Position numbers and translations under genes: made by a program. The notes below the pieces were generated by a model. The model was not told the DNA's origin, did no database searches, and saw nothing but the letters and a program-made list of their open reading frames with translations. A DNA stretch of 64,000 nucleotides from Alphaproteobacteria bacterium (lineage in GTDB: Bacteria; Pseudomonadota; Alphaproteobacteria; GCA-2731375), in contig CBDDBZ010000030.1 in NCBI GenBank assembly GCA_965225945.1, positions 64,001 through 128,000 on the forward strand, written 5' to 3'. Shown in pieces: positions 62,497 to 64,000 of the stretch. The stretch's first letter is position 1; each line of letters begins with the position of its first letter.

Positions 62497-62907
62497 CAAC
62501 GTCGCCATTGGCGCAGCGCCGTTGTGTAGTCGCCCCGGTCGTACGCCTCCCGGGCCTTGTCTTCGTTCCGCGCCGCCAGCCGTAGCCAGGGTGCGATTGC
62601 CCGGGCGATAGCGATGAAATTGCGCATGGCGCGCCCTTCTCACGACGATATGACACGCTCGCGCCAGCCGACCGCTCGCGCCGTTCGTTGTAAGCCGACA
62701 TTCCCCCGATGAGCCGCTTGCGAGCATAAGATTAGCCACTCGGGTACTCGACGGCAATCTGGCGCGGATCGGCAAAAGGTCTCGAACGGGTCATCTCCAG
62801 TATATTAGAGCTTTTAAATGTTATGGGGAGTCTCGGGGTGCGCGAAGTTGGCCATGGCGTCTGATTTCGGATAGCATTTTGCCCAATTATCAAACCCTGG
62901 GGAGAGC

Positions 62908-63135
62908 ATGTTCGAGCCGGGTGCGGAACGGCGGCTGGCAGCCATCGTCGCGATCGATGTTGCCGGATACTCGCGCCTCATGGGCCCCGACGAGGTGGCG
63001 ACGCTTACCACCCTGAAGTCGCACCGGACGGTGACCAACTCGATCAGCGAGAAGCACGGCGGACGTATCGTCGCGGAAGGGCTACCGTTCGAGCAGGCTC
63101 GGCCGCGTTTTCGGCCTCGCCCCCGGCGCCAATGA
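62908..63135 (+). pseudogene. N-terminal fragment of a class III adenylate cyclase
   Basis: ERRLAAIVAIDVAGYSRLMGPDE..HGGRIV, then similarity is lost before the GDG motif. Confidence 0.75.
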
Positions 63136-63284
63136 CCGAGCAGCGCGTTCACGAATTCATCGACATCGAACATTTGAGTTGATTCGGTCGCCCGCACCGC
63201 GCATTCTCAAGCATTCGCGCCGTTGCTTGCCGCAGGACCCACGTCAGCCGTTCCTGGCTGCTAGTTGGAGCATCCGAGATGACC

Positions 63285-63755
63285 ATGAGCGTCGCGCCTA
63301 AGCTTCGGAATTGCCTGATCCTCACTGCCGTCCTCTTGGCGGCAAGTTTGGTGCTTATTGCCGCAGCCGGGCCCGCACAGGCCCAGAGCGGCATCATCGC
63401 CGCCGCCGATGCCTACGCCCGCTCACAAGCGGGAGAGCTCATCATTATCGACGTTCGCTCCAGTTATGAATGGCGCCAGACCGGCATCCCGGCCGGGGCT
63501 CGGCTTGCTACCGTCCACAACCGGCAGGGTATCGCCGGCTTCCTCAAGGAAGTCATCGCCATCGCCGCCGACGACAGAAACAAGCCGATCGCCCTGATTT
63601 GTGCCCGCGGAGGGCGTTCGGCGGCCGCCGCAAATTACCTCCGGCAAAAGGGCTTCACGCATGTCTACGATGTGAGCGAGGGCATGTTGGGTCGTGACGA
63701 GCATCCCGGCTGGCTAAAACGCGAGCTGCCGGTCGAACCGTGCGACAATTGCTGA
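63285..63755 (+). CDS. Secreted rhodanese-like protein
   Basis: Signal peptide (AQA), IIDVRSSYEW, ICARGGRS, EGM..GW and C-terminal CDNC. Confidence 0.85.
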   Translation: MSVAPKLRNCLILTAVLLAASLVLIAAAGPAQAQSGIIAAADAYARSQAGELIIIDVRSSYEWRQTGIPAGARLATVHNRQGIAGFLKEVIAIAADDRNKPIALICARGGRSAAAANYLRQKGFTHVYDVSEGMLGRDEHPGWLKRELPVEPCDNC

Positions 63756-64000
63756 TCAACCGGTCCCGGGACTAAGGGACCGCGCCCACATTGCGAACCG
63801 ACAGCGGCACGGCGCCACGGGCCGCCGCGCAAAGCCAGGATTGTCGCGCTCACTCCACCGAAAATGGATAGATGCGCGCGCCGCCCACCCATTCGAACTG
63901 ATTCTTGGCCTCCGGCATGCCCTCGGGATTGCGGAAGACAAACCCGCAGACCTTGATTGCCGCGCTGCTTCCCTGGTAGCGGCTGCACAATTTGTCGCCG

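Larger units (their letters stand above)
59890..62499 (+). mobile_element. IS91-like element carrying a tyrosine recombinase, 2610 bp
   Basis: Ends defined by restoring the Sel1 ORF (2-nt AA ambiguity). Begins GAAC, ends CTTAACAA; hairpins at both ends; no longer TSD. Confidence 0.9.
59265..62627 (-). pseudogene. Sel1-repeat protein (250 aa reconstituted) split by the IS91-like element
   Basis: N-part 62627-62500 MRNFIA...AYDRGDYTTALRQWR joins in frame to R-LAESGHAEAQNQLGVMYEYGRGV at 59889-59265. Confidence 0.88.

Noticed and set aside
63745-63780. Selenocysteine read-through at the rhodanese CDNC-TGA
   Set aside because: The domain is already complete, an in-frame TAA follows within a few codons, and no convincing SECIS was seen.

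Overview
High-GC (about 68-70% by eye) alphaproteobacterial chromosome segment, mostly coding. Left to right it holds: (1) a locus of about 17 kb with an ABC exporter (partial), four glycosyltransferases, a histidine phosphatase, a polysaccharide deacetylase and an Opp/Dpp-type importer, converging on an adenylate cyclase, a methyltransferase and an MBL hydrolase; (2) an OmpR-type regulator, ribA and an SDR; (3) a SapC-family gene followed by a FecR/RTX giant protein of about 2130 aa, broken by two frameshifts that are both exact short tandem duplications; (4) a ChrR-like cupin, GGT, a DUF2336 protein and the large NAD-GDH; (5) an oxidoreductase-SelD fusion beside tRNA-Sec; (6) an SGNH gene split by a 755-bp non-autonomous IS1595/ISSod11-like cassette with 43-bp TIRs, an 8-bp TSD and a passenger ORF; (7) a TPP enzyme, and a DevB-DevC-DevC-DevA-TolC exporter directly downstream of phaR; (8) phaC-like, phaA and phaB with a PhaR box; (9) Fe3+ ABC genes with a Fur-like palindrome and a third duplication-type frameshift; (10) a Sel1 gene split by a 2610-bp tyrosine-recombinase plus IS91-type transposase element with hairpin ends and no real TSD, then a cyclase remnant and a rhodanese. 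Product calls come from motif recognition only. No database searches were run.
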